The position numbers were made by a program, and so were the translations under genes. Source: Pecten maximus (Eukaryota). From it: a stretch of 64,000 bases of DNA. Under the pieces are notes generated by a model. The model made no database searches and had not been told where the DNA came from. It worked only from the letters and a program-made list of their open reading frames with translations. The stretch spans positions 19,282,001 to 19,346,000 of the forward strand of contig NC_047022.1 in NCBI RefSeq assembly GCF_902652985.1, read 5' to 3'. Below are positions 13,373-25,800 of this stretch, piece by piece; the first letter of the stretch is position 1; every line of letters starts with the position of its first letter.

Positions 13373-13699
13373 AAGAATATCCATAGAGTTCTTACCTGTG
13401 TATTAAAAAACATTGAGGTTACTTGTACTTTAACTTAAAACCCGTTCATGTGCATTTGGGCCCTGTCATGTATTTAGTACTCCCCTGTTTTTATAACGAA
13501 ACAAAAGTTTTAAATAAATAACCAATTGATTGTTGTGACAGTTCTAGCATGTTTGGGGAGCGGGATTTTACAGATCGTACAATGTAACTAGGGGTTTGAT
13601 ATGTACATTTCAACTGATGTTTGGTTTAGTGGAAATTAACTAAAACGTACTTGTTCTCCTTGACTCTACAAAGAATCACGCAATGTGCATTTTTGGCCT

Positions 13700-13943
13700 G
13701 AACGACGAGGTTAGTCTAATTTCTGTGCATTCTTCCGGCTCTCTCCTGGTTAATGCATTTGAACTGTTCAATCTGCCGGCAACCTGAACCAACGCTTGCC
13801 TATTTGCAGATGCCGACATTCCGTCCTTAAATCGTTCACGTATGACATGTTTTCTTTTACTTGTAAACATGTACTAGCCTAACCATTGCCAGACATTCGT
13901 CCTTTGTCCAGTTTGGTCATCTCGTCTTTTTTGCTGTTGCCAT
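13700..13943 (-). pseudogene. Disrupted Harbinger-associated Myb/SANT-like DNA-binding protein gene
   Basis: The minus strand reads MATAKKTR*PNWTKDECLAMVRLVH, then frameshifts to KRKHVIRERFKDGMSASANRQALVQVAGRLNSSNALTRREPEEC. This matches the Myb_DNA-bind_5/MSANTD pattern, with one stop and one frameshift. Confidence 0.7.
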
Positions 13944-16029
13944 TTCCGGATTCTGAACATCTTGGAATGCCAGGAACGCCGGCGCCAAATTTCACGTTTT
14001 AAGAAAAACATCACGCAACTACTTAACAACAACATATCAACTACATGAAATACTTAAATATTTATACTTAGCTAAGTATGCACTAAGTAAATACTTAAGT
14101 CGTGTATGAATAGTACTTAAGTTCTAACTTAAGTTTTATTTAACTAAGTAAAATATTTATAGTTAAGTATAACTTAAGTCAAACTTAAGTATTTAACTTA
14201 AGATTTTTTATGAATATGGGCCCTGCTCTTTAACTGGGTTTGAACCTGGTCAGGTTTTAATCAATGTTTCTTAACTTAAATTTTCCACTGGAAAGCATTT
14301 GAAAAAAAATAAAACCCTTTCAGATGCAAAATTTCAAGTCGGTTAAGAAGGAATATTGATAAAAATCGTGCCAGGTCTTGTATCCAACCCAGAAGATTGG
14401 AAATTTAGGGAAGTGATGTAAGCTATCAACATTTGAACACAAGGGTCGATAACGTGTAAAATTTTAATTCTTTAAAGCTAAATACATATGCTCCAAACCT
14501 CATAAGAACTTACTCGCTGTATGTGCTTTTCAAAAATCGTCAATTGCAACCTTCGTCCATCTGACGATCTCCATCAGGAGTAGGGGTAAAGTAATCTCAC
14601 AAAACAAGAGTGTTTCCCTGTCGGCGCACAAAGTTATTTATTTTTACTATATAACTTCTCTTACGAATTAAGGGCATACAAATATATTTTTACATGATAA
14701 ATTTTGAAGGATCAATATAAATTATCAATCTGAGAAAAAGGGAGTGTCACAGCGATGACATTAATACGACATGGTTACTTTCACTATAAATATTCATTCC
14801 TCTTAAGGAATCCCTGCAGGAATATTCGCGGTTGACGTTGTGATGCATGTAAAATGTATTGTTTGTTGTTGCGTGTCGATTCACACCGTCCGATAGCCAC
14901 GATCATGGTAAGTGTAGCGTTACTTAGTTAGTTTAATATAGGTCTTTAGGGACAAATACTGATGATTAAAAATAGGCAATTAACGAAACAACGTCAACAA
15001 ACGAAACGAAAATGTAAATATATATTGGTACAGGCACATATATTTTAAAATGAAAAAAATGGCTATGGTTACTCAAATCTTGTGATAAAGACAAACGGTT
15101 TTTTAGTTAAAAACACAATATAGCGCAGCGCAATCGACCGTGGGTATCCGACGATGGTCAATAATTAGAGAATTATTTCGATGTTTAGCTCATATAACTA
15201 AAATTGCCGTTTATTACACGTTAATAATAACGCTTTATCTTTACTCTATCATACAAGACAATAATAATAATAAAAAATTCATATTCAACATACCGATGAA
15301 CTGGTTATTTAATGTTATCATTATTATTTTTTGCAGGTGCGTATATATGATCATAAAAATATAATCGCCCCTTCATTATCATCAGACCGACAAGAAAGCC
15401 ACTGGTATTCAAACTGCAGAAATAAACAATTTGGAATACGACACATATCCTCTCAAGTCTATATCACGTCAAAAGAAAACAAAAGCTGCCTTGATGTCTT
15501 ACGTACTTTATGTAAAAAAATCGTAAATATCTGGGCAGACTATCCAAAATATATAATTCTATATCGGAGACATAAAAAACAACCATAAATTAATACACCC
15601 ATACAAATCCAGAATTGGCATACATACATATATATATATATACATAATCTTAATACATTAATAATCACATACCCAGGATTGGCACATATTTTATCTGGAT
15701 TTCTTTTTCAGTTTGACCTGAGACAGGGTTGAGCGCCGAAAATGAAATGTCAACTTGTTTCGCAATTATTGTAAAATAAATAAAGTTTATAGTTTTTTTT
15801 TAAGTAAAGCTATATACATGTGCAAGATGTAAAGGGAAGAACAATGGTAGAAATATAAGAATATTTATTTATACTGTAAGGGGAGTTGTTATTTGTGTGA
15901 AGAACCACATTCTCGGATCTCACATGCTTACTTACACCCCTAAACGTCAACCCATAGCACAGTTCAATAATACTACAGATAAATTAGAAAAACCTATACT
16001 CAAAAGGAAGCAGATTTCTAAAACAAAAC

Positions 16030-16254
16030 TACTGTAAACGTACACATTTTAGCGGTAATTCTATTTTAACGCTTTTCGCGCTGGAAGCATTCTGCTAAAT
16101 TGTGATGGCGATATTTATTAATTATAGTTTATCTACATGTAAATTGGTTTCTTTGGCAAATATTGTTGGGGTGCTAAGTCATCATTCCGCTAATCTGTTT
16201 TAATTTTGTTTTGCGTTAAAATTTGAGTGCGTCAAATAAAGTACGATTACAGTA
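16030..16254. mobile_element. Tc1/mariner-type MITE
   Basis: Termini TACTGTAAACGTAC... and ...GTACGATTACAGTA (inverted, TA-flanked). A more decayed relative lies at ~27020-27240. Confidence 0.6.
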
Positions 16255-16856
16255 ATACAGAAATAGGTGAATCGACGGGACATGAATGGTTAAACAAATT
16301 CACTCTACCGTCACTTTGAGTACGAGTCAGAAAGGAAAGTCTACGACTCGATTACGTCTACATTTCTCACACTCATAGACTGAATGTATTGTATCAGTAC
16401 AAATAAACTAATGAGTAACTCATTCGATCATCAGTATGTATCACAGCTTGTTTGATAAACAAAATAATATCCAATGTTTTACCCATGGTATCCGCTTAAC
16501 AGATAACAAAGAACAAGCTAAAACTTCAATAAGAAACAATTACCTGCACTTTACCACTTTAATATTAACGAAAAAGAAACATTTAGAACGTATTAATAGA
16601 AATTCCCAGGTCTATATTTAAGAATTTTATATATACAACCATGTAAATTAATATCACGAAATACATATACATGTACTGTACATTAACTATAACATCATTC
16701 GTTGTTTGTAGCTTGTTTCATTTTTTAATATGTCTACTAAAGATAACTACTCATACGACACATCTATAATATATCACATAATCGATCATATCATTTTAAC
16801 TGTATTAATTAATCAAAGGCACAATACGTGTTAAACTGTCCCTATTTGATAACAAT

Positions 16857-19800
16857 TCAGTTCCTACTTTGTGACAAACCTAACGCCGTGGAGGTAATCT
16901 CGATGTATCTCGTTCTCTCGTCCACCACATTATGGTGTTCGGATATATATTCCGTTGAGTGTGACACCAACATAGCTCCCACAGTGGGTTCATCCAACAG
17001 GACCTCAGATTTCTGTATGAATTCCTATAAACGGTGATAAAAATAACATTAGTGAGCGATTAAGCAATATATAAGGAACGATTAAAGACGTGTCGTTAAC
17101 ACCTGGAATGTCACGGTGTATTGTATAAATATAACTCTTTCTTAAGTACCAGAAATAGATTTAAATACATAAAATGTTTCCCATTAAACTAAATTGATAC
17201 ATTCTGACTCCTCGAATACTCTTGTGTGAAATTAAAATGTAATATCGTCAAATTTCACGTAAGTTCATGTATTATTCTTGACAAAATGAAAATGCCATCA
17301 ATCGTGAAAATGTCCTCCTTGACAAGTCTTTTAAATTAGCCAAGTTCTGCGATTCGCAGGATTTACTTATCAGAGAGTATGAGTATGTAGGTTATCAAAT
17401 GTGTCCTTGTTATATCAATTGATTGACGAAGTATCATTGTAAAACGTTACCGTTCAACATTACACATTTAATGATAATTATCATGACATTCACTTAAAGT
17501 TGAGTTTTATTTTGACTTAAATTACCTCATTTGTATCCGTTTTTGACAGCATTTTACATATCATAAATAATTGAATGACACAGTTAACTATCTAAGCGGA
17601 ATTGGACAATTATTTTCGTTTTGCGGGAATGATTTCGCCCCAAGTGTGGCTAAACTAATGTCTACTATAACGTCCTAACGTCAATAACAGACTCTTATGA
17701 TTACGTACTTCTGGTGAAGCAAATACAAATCCGTTGACACCGTCCTTTACTATAGAGCGGTTACCAGGGATGTCCCGCACTAGGACAGGAACTCCTAGAT
17801 CCATAGCCTTCAAGACAACACAAACAGATCACAAGCGGGTATACAAATGTACCGTACACAACAATAACAGGTAAACTTGCTTTCCTGTGCTGTTTCTGTA
17901 GTTGTGATTTTTTATGAACAAAGAGCAGAACTGATGAACATAAAACTGTAAGTACACCTCATACTCAATATTTTTGTCATGTTCCGTTGTGGTATGCATA
18001 AATTCAGATTTTAAACGTTAATTATCAACGGAAGTAATTATAAACCAGACACTTCTTCTCTAAAATAACTTGAATTCAAACAGTATGCCAAAAACTGGAA
18101 ATAATTTCTCTGTTTTATTAAAATGAAAAATAATAATAACAAAACTTGAGCAAGGATCCTAAAATAGCGGTGGTGAGATGTGTATACCATTCTTAATATA
18201 GTGATTAGAACTTATCAAAACAATTGTCCGTTGTTTCATTCCTTCTCGTGTCAGTAAAACATTACTGTATATAAAATATCGCTGTAGAATTTCCTAAGAT
18301 GTACAGACCGTTTATGACCATTTGAGTCAACTCGACCAATACGTATGCACGACCAGCTGCCTACCTCTAAGATAGCCACAGCCATTCCCTCGCTCCGGGA
18401 CGAGTTGACCAGAGCAAAGCTTCCTTTAATAGCTCCATGTGTATCCTCTAAACTCAGACCGGGTAAATAAACCACCCCGGGCAATCTACAACAGAAGAAC
18501 AGATATCATGGATAGGTAAAATTTCTGCGAATGGTTTGGTAATTGTTGGCATACCGACCCTGTTATCAGCGCATTAACACCTTCATGGTTTACCAGACAC
18601 ACAATATATTAGCACATTGAAGTTGAGAGTTAGAGGCATTAGAGCAAAAAAAAGAAGAAGAATAAAACTGCATCATACATCTGTTTTTCCTTCTAGAGCT
18701 CATCTGTTGTCATAAGGGCCTAAAGCGTTGATACCGGAGGTGACGGGGTTAACTCTAGACTGGTCGAACATGTCAAAGCCAAGGTGGCGAGGCTGAAATA
18801 TCATCATAAGATAGAGCCGAACGTCGATACTTTTGCGTCGTCAGTACGCATTTAAGAACACATAGTACAGTTGTAGTTGGATGTAGCTGTAGTTTCATGT
18901 TGCTTAACATGTGACATAACGGAGCCAGTAGCCAGCTGAATTTGTTGTAATGTGAAAAAGGTCAGTAATATTGCCAAGAACGTAGCAAGCAGAATCTTAT
19001 GTTTGTTCTGATGCTTGGATTGAGGAATTTTGCAAAACAAAGGAATGCTTACATCTTATGGTGCCAAGCTTTTACAAGGATAAAATGTGTAGTTTACTTT
19101 ACAGAAAATATTTTTCACAGTAAAAAGTGAAATTACTCTTAATGATTATAGAACAATTCGCTATAGCAAAATCTGCCTCTTCATATCCTTGTTCAAAAGA
19201 CGCATTGATCAATATAGTAGCTATTTGCAAAATACTGCCCCTTCACGGGACAATATAGCGTAAGCTTGCGTATATACCGAACTATCAGGAGCGAACAGAT
19301 CAGACATCTCTTTGAGAGCGTGGCATTGCTTAGCATTGGGTTACATTCACTATACATCATAGACGTAGTCAACGAAGAAGTTGTGGACATAAACTGTAGT
19401 TTCAATCTCAATGCACGCCTGAAAAAGGTGTAAATGTTTATCTGTTTTTTTGTTTTTTTCTTCATGCTCCACCCTCGATTAATAGAGGGATACGATTTTG
19501 TTTATTCCAGGTAATCTTATATTTTCTTGTTGATATATTCAACACATAAATTGATCTCAAAGGGCATGTTGATCTGGAGTAGCTGCTTAAACATACCCAG
19601 TGATACCAGCCATGAATTCGTCATTATAGGATTCATCTGCCTGTAAAAAAAATTCAATTTATAGAATACATTGTAGTTATCAATCGATTCATTATGGATT
19701 AATATGCACTCATGTAAAACATGTATAAAAGTAGCAAATTTCTGAAACATAGTTTGATTCAATCCTCTGACAAATAAACCCGGACTTCTCGAGATGTTGT

Positions 19801-22800
19801 TGAAGAAGACCACGGGAAACGTTTTATAGTCGATCAAAGGCCAGAAAAAGCACTCATCCGGTCGTCAGAGACGAGTGAAAATTTGGTCGGGCAAGTGAAT
19901 GTAAGTTTGCTACTCGCCCGCCGGAGTAGCGGTCAATATCAGATGCTACGTTGGTGAAAAAAAAGTTTAAAACTGTCGTTTTTATTTAGTAAATTTGACC
20001 AAAGTCGTGCCTGTTAATGTCAAATGGAGATTGGCATGAATAATTTTCTGTGGATGAGACGCGAGTGTTTCCCAAATGCCATCCGGGGTGCTAGTACAGT
20101 ATATGAGTTTATATGTCAACAAAATGGCGGCTAAAACAAAACATTTGCCGATTAGTTTGGATAGAAGATGGATGTTTATAAATACTCATCAATGCTGTAA
20201 ATAATCATGATAAGAATAGAGAATAGATAATCAAAGCCTGCCAGAGACAATTTTTACAAACAAATCTTACACTTGACACATTACAAACACGTGTGTGCTC
20301 AGAGAAAATTTAACGGTTTTATCACATGGTTGTTTACTTTCATCAGAATTTGACAAGTTTAAGAAAACAGTTCCTAAATTGCAACAGATAACTTACCATG
20401 GACCCAAGAATAACAAAGAAGACATATTTTCTTCTTCTGTGCAACACTGTAAGCAAATAAAGTACAATTGAGTATTATTTTAATGTTTGGAAACAATTAA
20501 CACAATCCTTTGCTTTCACAATATGCTTAGAAATTAAGCGGTTCTATCAATCGTGTTACTAGAAGAGAAGAGGTCTACGGGAATCAAATGTAAAAGAAGA
20601 TCTAGTGTAGAATGCTTCTATCTCCGACAAACGCGACCCCAAATCCTCTGCTACCGCAAAGGTACATGTACATTGTACAACAATCTAACTCTTAAAAGCC
20701 GTAAGGAGCCAGTCCATCAGTCTTAATACATTTTTCTGAACATGAAAAACACGTCATTTTCGTACTTCATTACAAGATATGCATCTGGATATTAATCGAT
20801 TTATTTCAGCACATAAGGAACCCCTCATTTGCCTTAATTAATGTCACAGTCATTCACTTCCCCCCTGAATATTTTTATTGTCAAACAATAACAATAGGAA
20901 ACAATATTCTTTTCTTGAAACGACTGAGCAACACAGCAATGTCGTCTATAGAGGTAAACACAACAATATATGTTTAATGTACATTTTCTCTCATCAGTAT
21001 ACAATCTGTACGAACTGACTCACAGCATGTTATGTACATTGTTCGCATCAGCAGCATTCCTCTTTATAGATTATCCCATCAGGATCGACTTGGATGGATT
21101 ACGTACCTCTCCTACGACTGCTATATTGACCCACAAACACATTACCGGTACAATGTGCCACAGGGATTTCAATACACTTTACCGTTTCCATAATCATATT
21201 TTGTAGATACACTGTATATATATATATATATATATATCATAATAAGAACAACATACAATGCGTATATATGGATCAAAGGTGTTTAGCACGCTCATAATTA
21301 GTAAATGATGAATTATGACACAATAGAAAGGTGAAGAACTTTCTATATTATAATGTTGTATGGGCCGTGGGTTGGGAATCTGTGCTGTAACCAGTAGACT
21401 GTTTTTGTACTCATTGTCTACCTACGAATCCTATTTATCATGGTCTAATTAGATGCACCAGACTCGGTTATACAATAGGACAGTAATGTGATTGCATTGA
21501 CGTAATATTACGGTAGATACTCTCAGTTCCATTGAATGATCTTTAACGATGAAGAGTTCCGATAAGTTCGACAATTGTTATGACTTAATGGTATTTTAAC
21601 TATCAGCAAAATATTTTTAATGGCAAAATTTAATAACGACAGTTTTACTTTTCACGATGAAATCTTTGCTTAATTGTTTCGATCCCCTGAATATGGCGCG
21701 GGAAGGATGTCATAATTAAATATTTTTGCCTAGGCAAAATTATTTCTGCCTAGACAAAAATCGAATATTGCTTAGGCAAAAATATTTCAGCCTAGGCAAT
21801 ATTTTATTTTTTCCTAGGCAAAATTCGATTTCCGCCTAGGCAAAAATATTTAATTATGACGTCCTTCCCGCGCCATACCTGACCTGTTAATTACAATTAG
21901 CTTGTCAATGGTCTACCGGTATTGTAAATTTCTATGACAAACCAAAGTGGAAAACAAGAGGTTCAACACTCCTGTATCACTTACCAGTTCTGCAACATGT
22001 GAAGGATTTGTTTCAATAACTGGTACAATTTACATGTCAAATTTTATAACCTAGGATTTTGACATACTGGAACAATTATGTTAAGATAAATAGACATTAG
22101 CCCCTTGGACCTTACCTGTTTATCAGGGTCATTTTCCTCCACGATAGACCTCTTGATCATTTGTTGTAGAAGTCATTTAGATATTCAATACATTTGAAGT
22201 GTGAAACAAATGATTTGAACAAACTTGGCACTTCATACCTGCATACCACTGACAAAATATGATGCTTCTGAGCTTATTTGTTACTTTGTACATTAACCAA
22301 GTTGCTCCCATGAATAGAACTAATTACTATGCCAATGTGAAAATGGCCCCTATATATAAATACATATATTACATTCCAAACATATATCTCCAAATAAAAT
22401 ATAGCAATGTTCTAACCCAGAGAATTTCATAATCAAATTCCATCTTGTAATGTGAAAATGGCCCCTATATATAAATATCTATATTACATTCAAAACATAT
22501 ATCACAAAACAAAATATAGCAATGTATAGCAATGTTCTTAACTATAGAACTTAATTATCAAACTCCATCTTGTAACTCAAAACAATATACAGTATCAATG
22601 TTTTCCACGAATCTATAATGATGGTGTTAAAGTCATACGTAATTAACATATTGTACCTTACCGCTGAAGTGCTTGACTAGATAAAGTGGGTCCTTGACTG
22701 GACGAATTCCTCCGACGAACAGGAAGACCTTCGGGTTCACGTCTGACGGAATTTCCACTCCAGCATTTTGTCGTAAGTAGTCAGTTATTGAGAAAGCAGA

Positions 22801-25800
22801 CGGATTGGTCACGACAGCTGATAAGAAAAAGTGTATACCAGGATAATTTGGCCAATTTATGTTAGGCTTGATAACAAATTTTGAATGGTTAACAACAATT
22901 GTAAATAAAAGTGAACTGTGTTGCAAGATACATTTTAGGATTCAGATAAAGTCTTGGAACTGAGCGAGTTCCCCAATCCTCATTCCCAAAACTAGCATAC
23001 GATGACCAAAGCGAAGGCACATGAGTAGCAATTTGTTTTTGTTTTGTTTTTTGTTTTATTAGGAAAAATAAACAGAACAATCGCTAAACTGATACATAGG
23101 TACTTGTATTTGGTAATTAACACCAGAGTTAAAATGATCCCCGATCGAGGATAATTCTAATTCTTGTATTAATAACCAGACACCTGGTGCCTATGACTGA
23201 TGTATTCAATTTGAAGATTTCAGCAAACGACAACTAAGTTCAAAGCCAGTCTATTTAACAATATGGCGATCTCAATATTTGTTTACGTACATCGAAGGAT
23301 CAAGCAAGTCTTTACTATTTTATCTATAAGGCAGCGGGGACTTTGATTTGCCATGAAATACTACATGAGTGCAGAAGTCAAAATGAAAGTAATTCCTGGA
23401 GTATAGAGGATGTAACAAAGGTTTATGTAACTGCCAATGTAAGAGATAAGATAATGATTATACATGATTGGCAAATCAGTGGCTAGAAGGTATCAACCTA
23501 AGTTATGGCCTTTTCTATAGGGGCTACAATGGTCTACACTGTTACTATAGGGGCTACAATGGTCTACACTGTTACTATAGGGGCTACAATGGTCTACACT
23601 GTTACTATAGGGGCTACAATGGTCTACACTGTTACTATAGGGGCTACAATGGTCTACACTGTTACTATAGGGGCTACAATGGTCTACACTGTTACTATAG
23701 GGGCTACAATGGTCTACACTGTTACTATCAGGGCTACAATGGTCTACACTGTTACTATAGGGGATAACATGGTCTACACTGTTACTATAGGGGATAACAA
23801 TGGTCTATACTGTTACTACAGGGGCTACAATGGTCTACACTGTTACTATAGGGGCTACAATGGCCTACACTGTTACTATAGGGGCTACAATGGTCTACAC
23901 TGTTACTATAGGGGCTACCATGGTCTACACTGTTACTATAGGGGCTACAATGGTCTTCACTGTTACTATAGGGGTTACAATGGTCTACACTGTTACACTA
24001 TAGGGGCTACAATGGTCTTCACTGTTACTATAGGGGCTACAATGGTCTACACTGTTACTATAGGGACTACAATGGTCTACACTGTTACTATAGGGACTAC
24101 AATTGTGTACACTGTTACTATAGGGGCTACAATGGTCTACACTGTTACTATAGGGGCTACAATGGTCTACACTGTTACTATAGGGGCTACAATGGTCTAC
24201 ACTGTTACTATAGGGGCTACAATGGTCTACACTGTTACTATAGGGGCTACAATGGTCTACACTGTTACTATAGGGCTACAATGGTCTACACTGTTACCAT
24301 AGGGGCTACAATGGTCTACACTGTTACTATAGGGGCTACAATGGCGTACACTGTTACTATAGGGCTACAATGGTCTACACTGTTACCTATAGGGGCTACA
24401 ATGGTCTACACTGTTACTATAGGGACTACAACGGTGTACACTGCTACTATAGGGGCTACAATGGTCTACACTGTTACTATAGGGGCTACCATGGTCTACA
24501 CTGTTACTATCACATTTATCCAGCAATAAGTCTGTGTCTGGTAATAAGCCCATCTATGTTTATGAGTGTATCAGTCACTGGTCCTGCATCTTATTAATTG
24601 AGGATTTTGTTGAACCAATTGAACCTTTTGGTCTGACTTCTTTTTCAAGAGTCTATTTCTGTTTGGATTTTGCACTTTATTGACATTGAGTAAGATTGAC
24701 AGTTTCGTTATAATATCAGTTTTCTACTCCGGCCATCTACTTTAAGATAAAGTATTTTTGTGTTGAATGCCTTGGTTTATTATGGGATAGATATATATAT
24801 GTTCTGTATAAACTACACGTTATTGCACCAGACCAGGTTTTTTTTCTTCATTTTGTCACCTAAAAATGCTGGTCACAAAATAAACCAGTATGGCGGTAGA
24901 TAAAGGCAATGGCAGAAATAAGTATGTGCTTTGCCTTAGAATGATGGAAGTGAAGAGATCAAATGGGTTTATTGACAGAGACGAAGGATTGAAGATGTCA
25001 ATTACATCAAACAAATTCAAATAACATCAAGATAAATGGGAAGTACATGTACAATAAGGTAGGGGTTAAAAACAGGTGGTTGTTATAGACAGGTGGTTGT
25101 TATTGACAGGTGGCCGTTGTAGACAAGTGGCAGGTATAGACAGGTTGTTGTTATAGACAGGTGGTTTTTATAGACATGTTGTTATAGACAGGTGGTAGTT
25201 ATAGACAGGTGGTAGTTATAGAGAGGCGATTGTTATAGACAGGTGGTAGTTATAGACAGGCGATTGTTATAGACAGGTGGTAGTTATAGACAGGTGGTTG
25301 TTATTGACAGGTGATTGTTAAAGACAGGAAGTTGTTATAGACAGGTGGTTGTTATTGACAGGTGATTGTTAAAGACAGGTGGTTGTTATAGACAGGTGGT
25401 AGTTATAGACAGGTGGTACATGTAGTTATAGACAGGTGATAGTTACAGACAGGTGGTAGTTATGACAGGTGGTCGTTATAGACAGGTGGTTGTTACAGAC
25501 AGGTGATAGTTACAGACAGGTGGTAGTTATAGACAGGTGATAGTTACAGACAGGTGGTTGTTATAGACAGGTGGTAGTTATAGACAGGTGGTACATGTAG
25601 TTATAGACAGGTGATAGTTACAGACAGGTGGTAGTTATGACAGGTGGTTATTACAGACAGGTGGTTGTTAAAGACAGGTGGTACATGTAGGTATAGACAT
25701 GTGGCAACTATTAGAAACTAGAAAATAGGAAAATTTGAACTGATTTAACTTACCTTGTTTGATTTCAAAACATTTATTGGTATCCAAGGATGGCTTCAAA

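Larger units (their letters stand above)
10916..14222 (-). mobile_element. Non-autonomous PIF/Harbinger-type DNA transposon interrupted by a nested insertion
   Basis: TIRs GGCCCATATTCATAAAAAA..CTTAAGTTAA at 10916 and inverted at 14222. CTG (CWG) TSD at 10913-10915 and 14223-14225. ACTTAAGT subterminal repeats at both ends and an internal Myb/SANT gene remnant. Confidence 0.8.

Noticed and set aside
18745-18792. Plus-strand peptide EHVKAKVAR resembling a GLT1D1 segment
   Set aside because: Wrong strand. The true exon with correct phases is at 19597-19640, so this is treated as coincidence.
23468-24597. Long repetitive ORFs (up to 265 aa) on the plus strand
   Set aside because: These are translations of a 30-bp stop-free minisatellite lying antisense in a GLT1D1 intron, broken by frameshifts.
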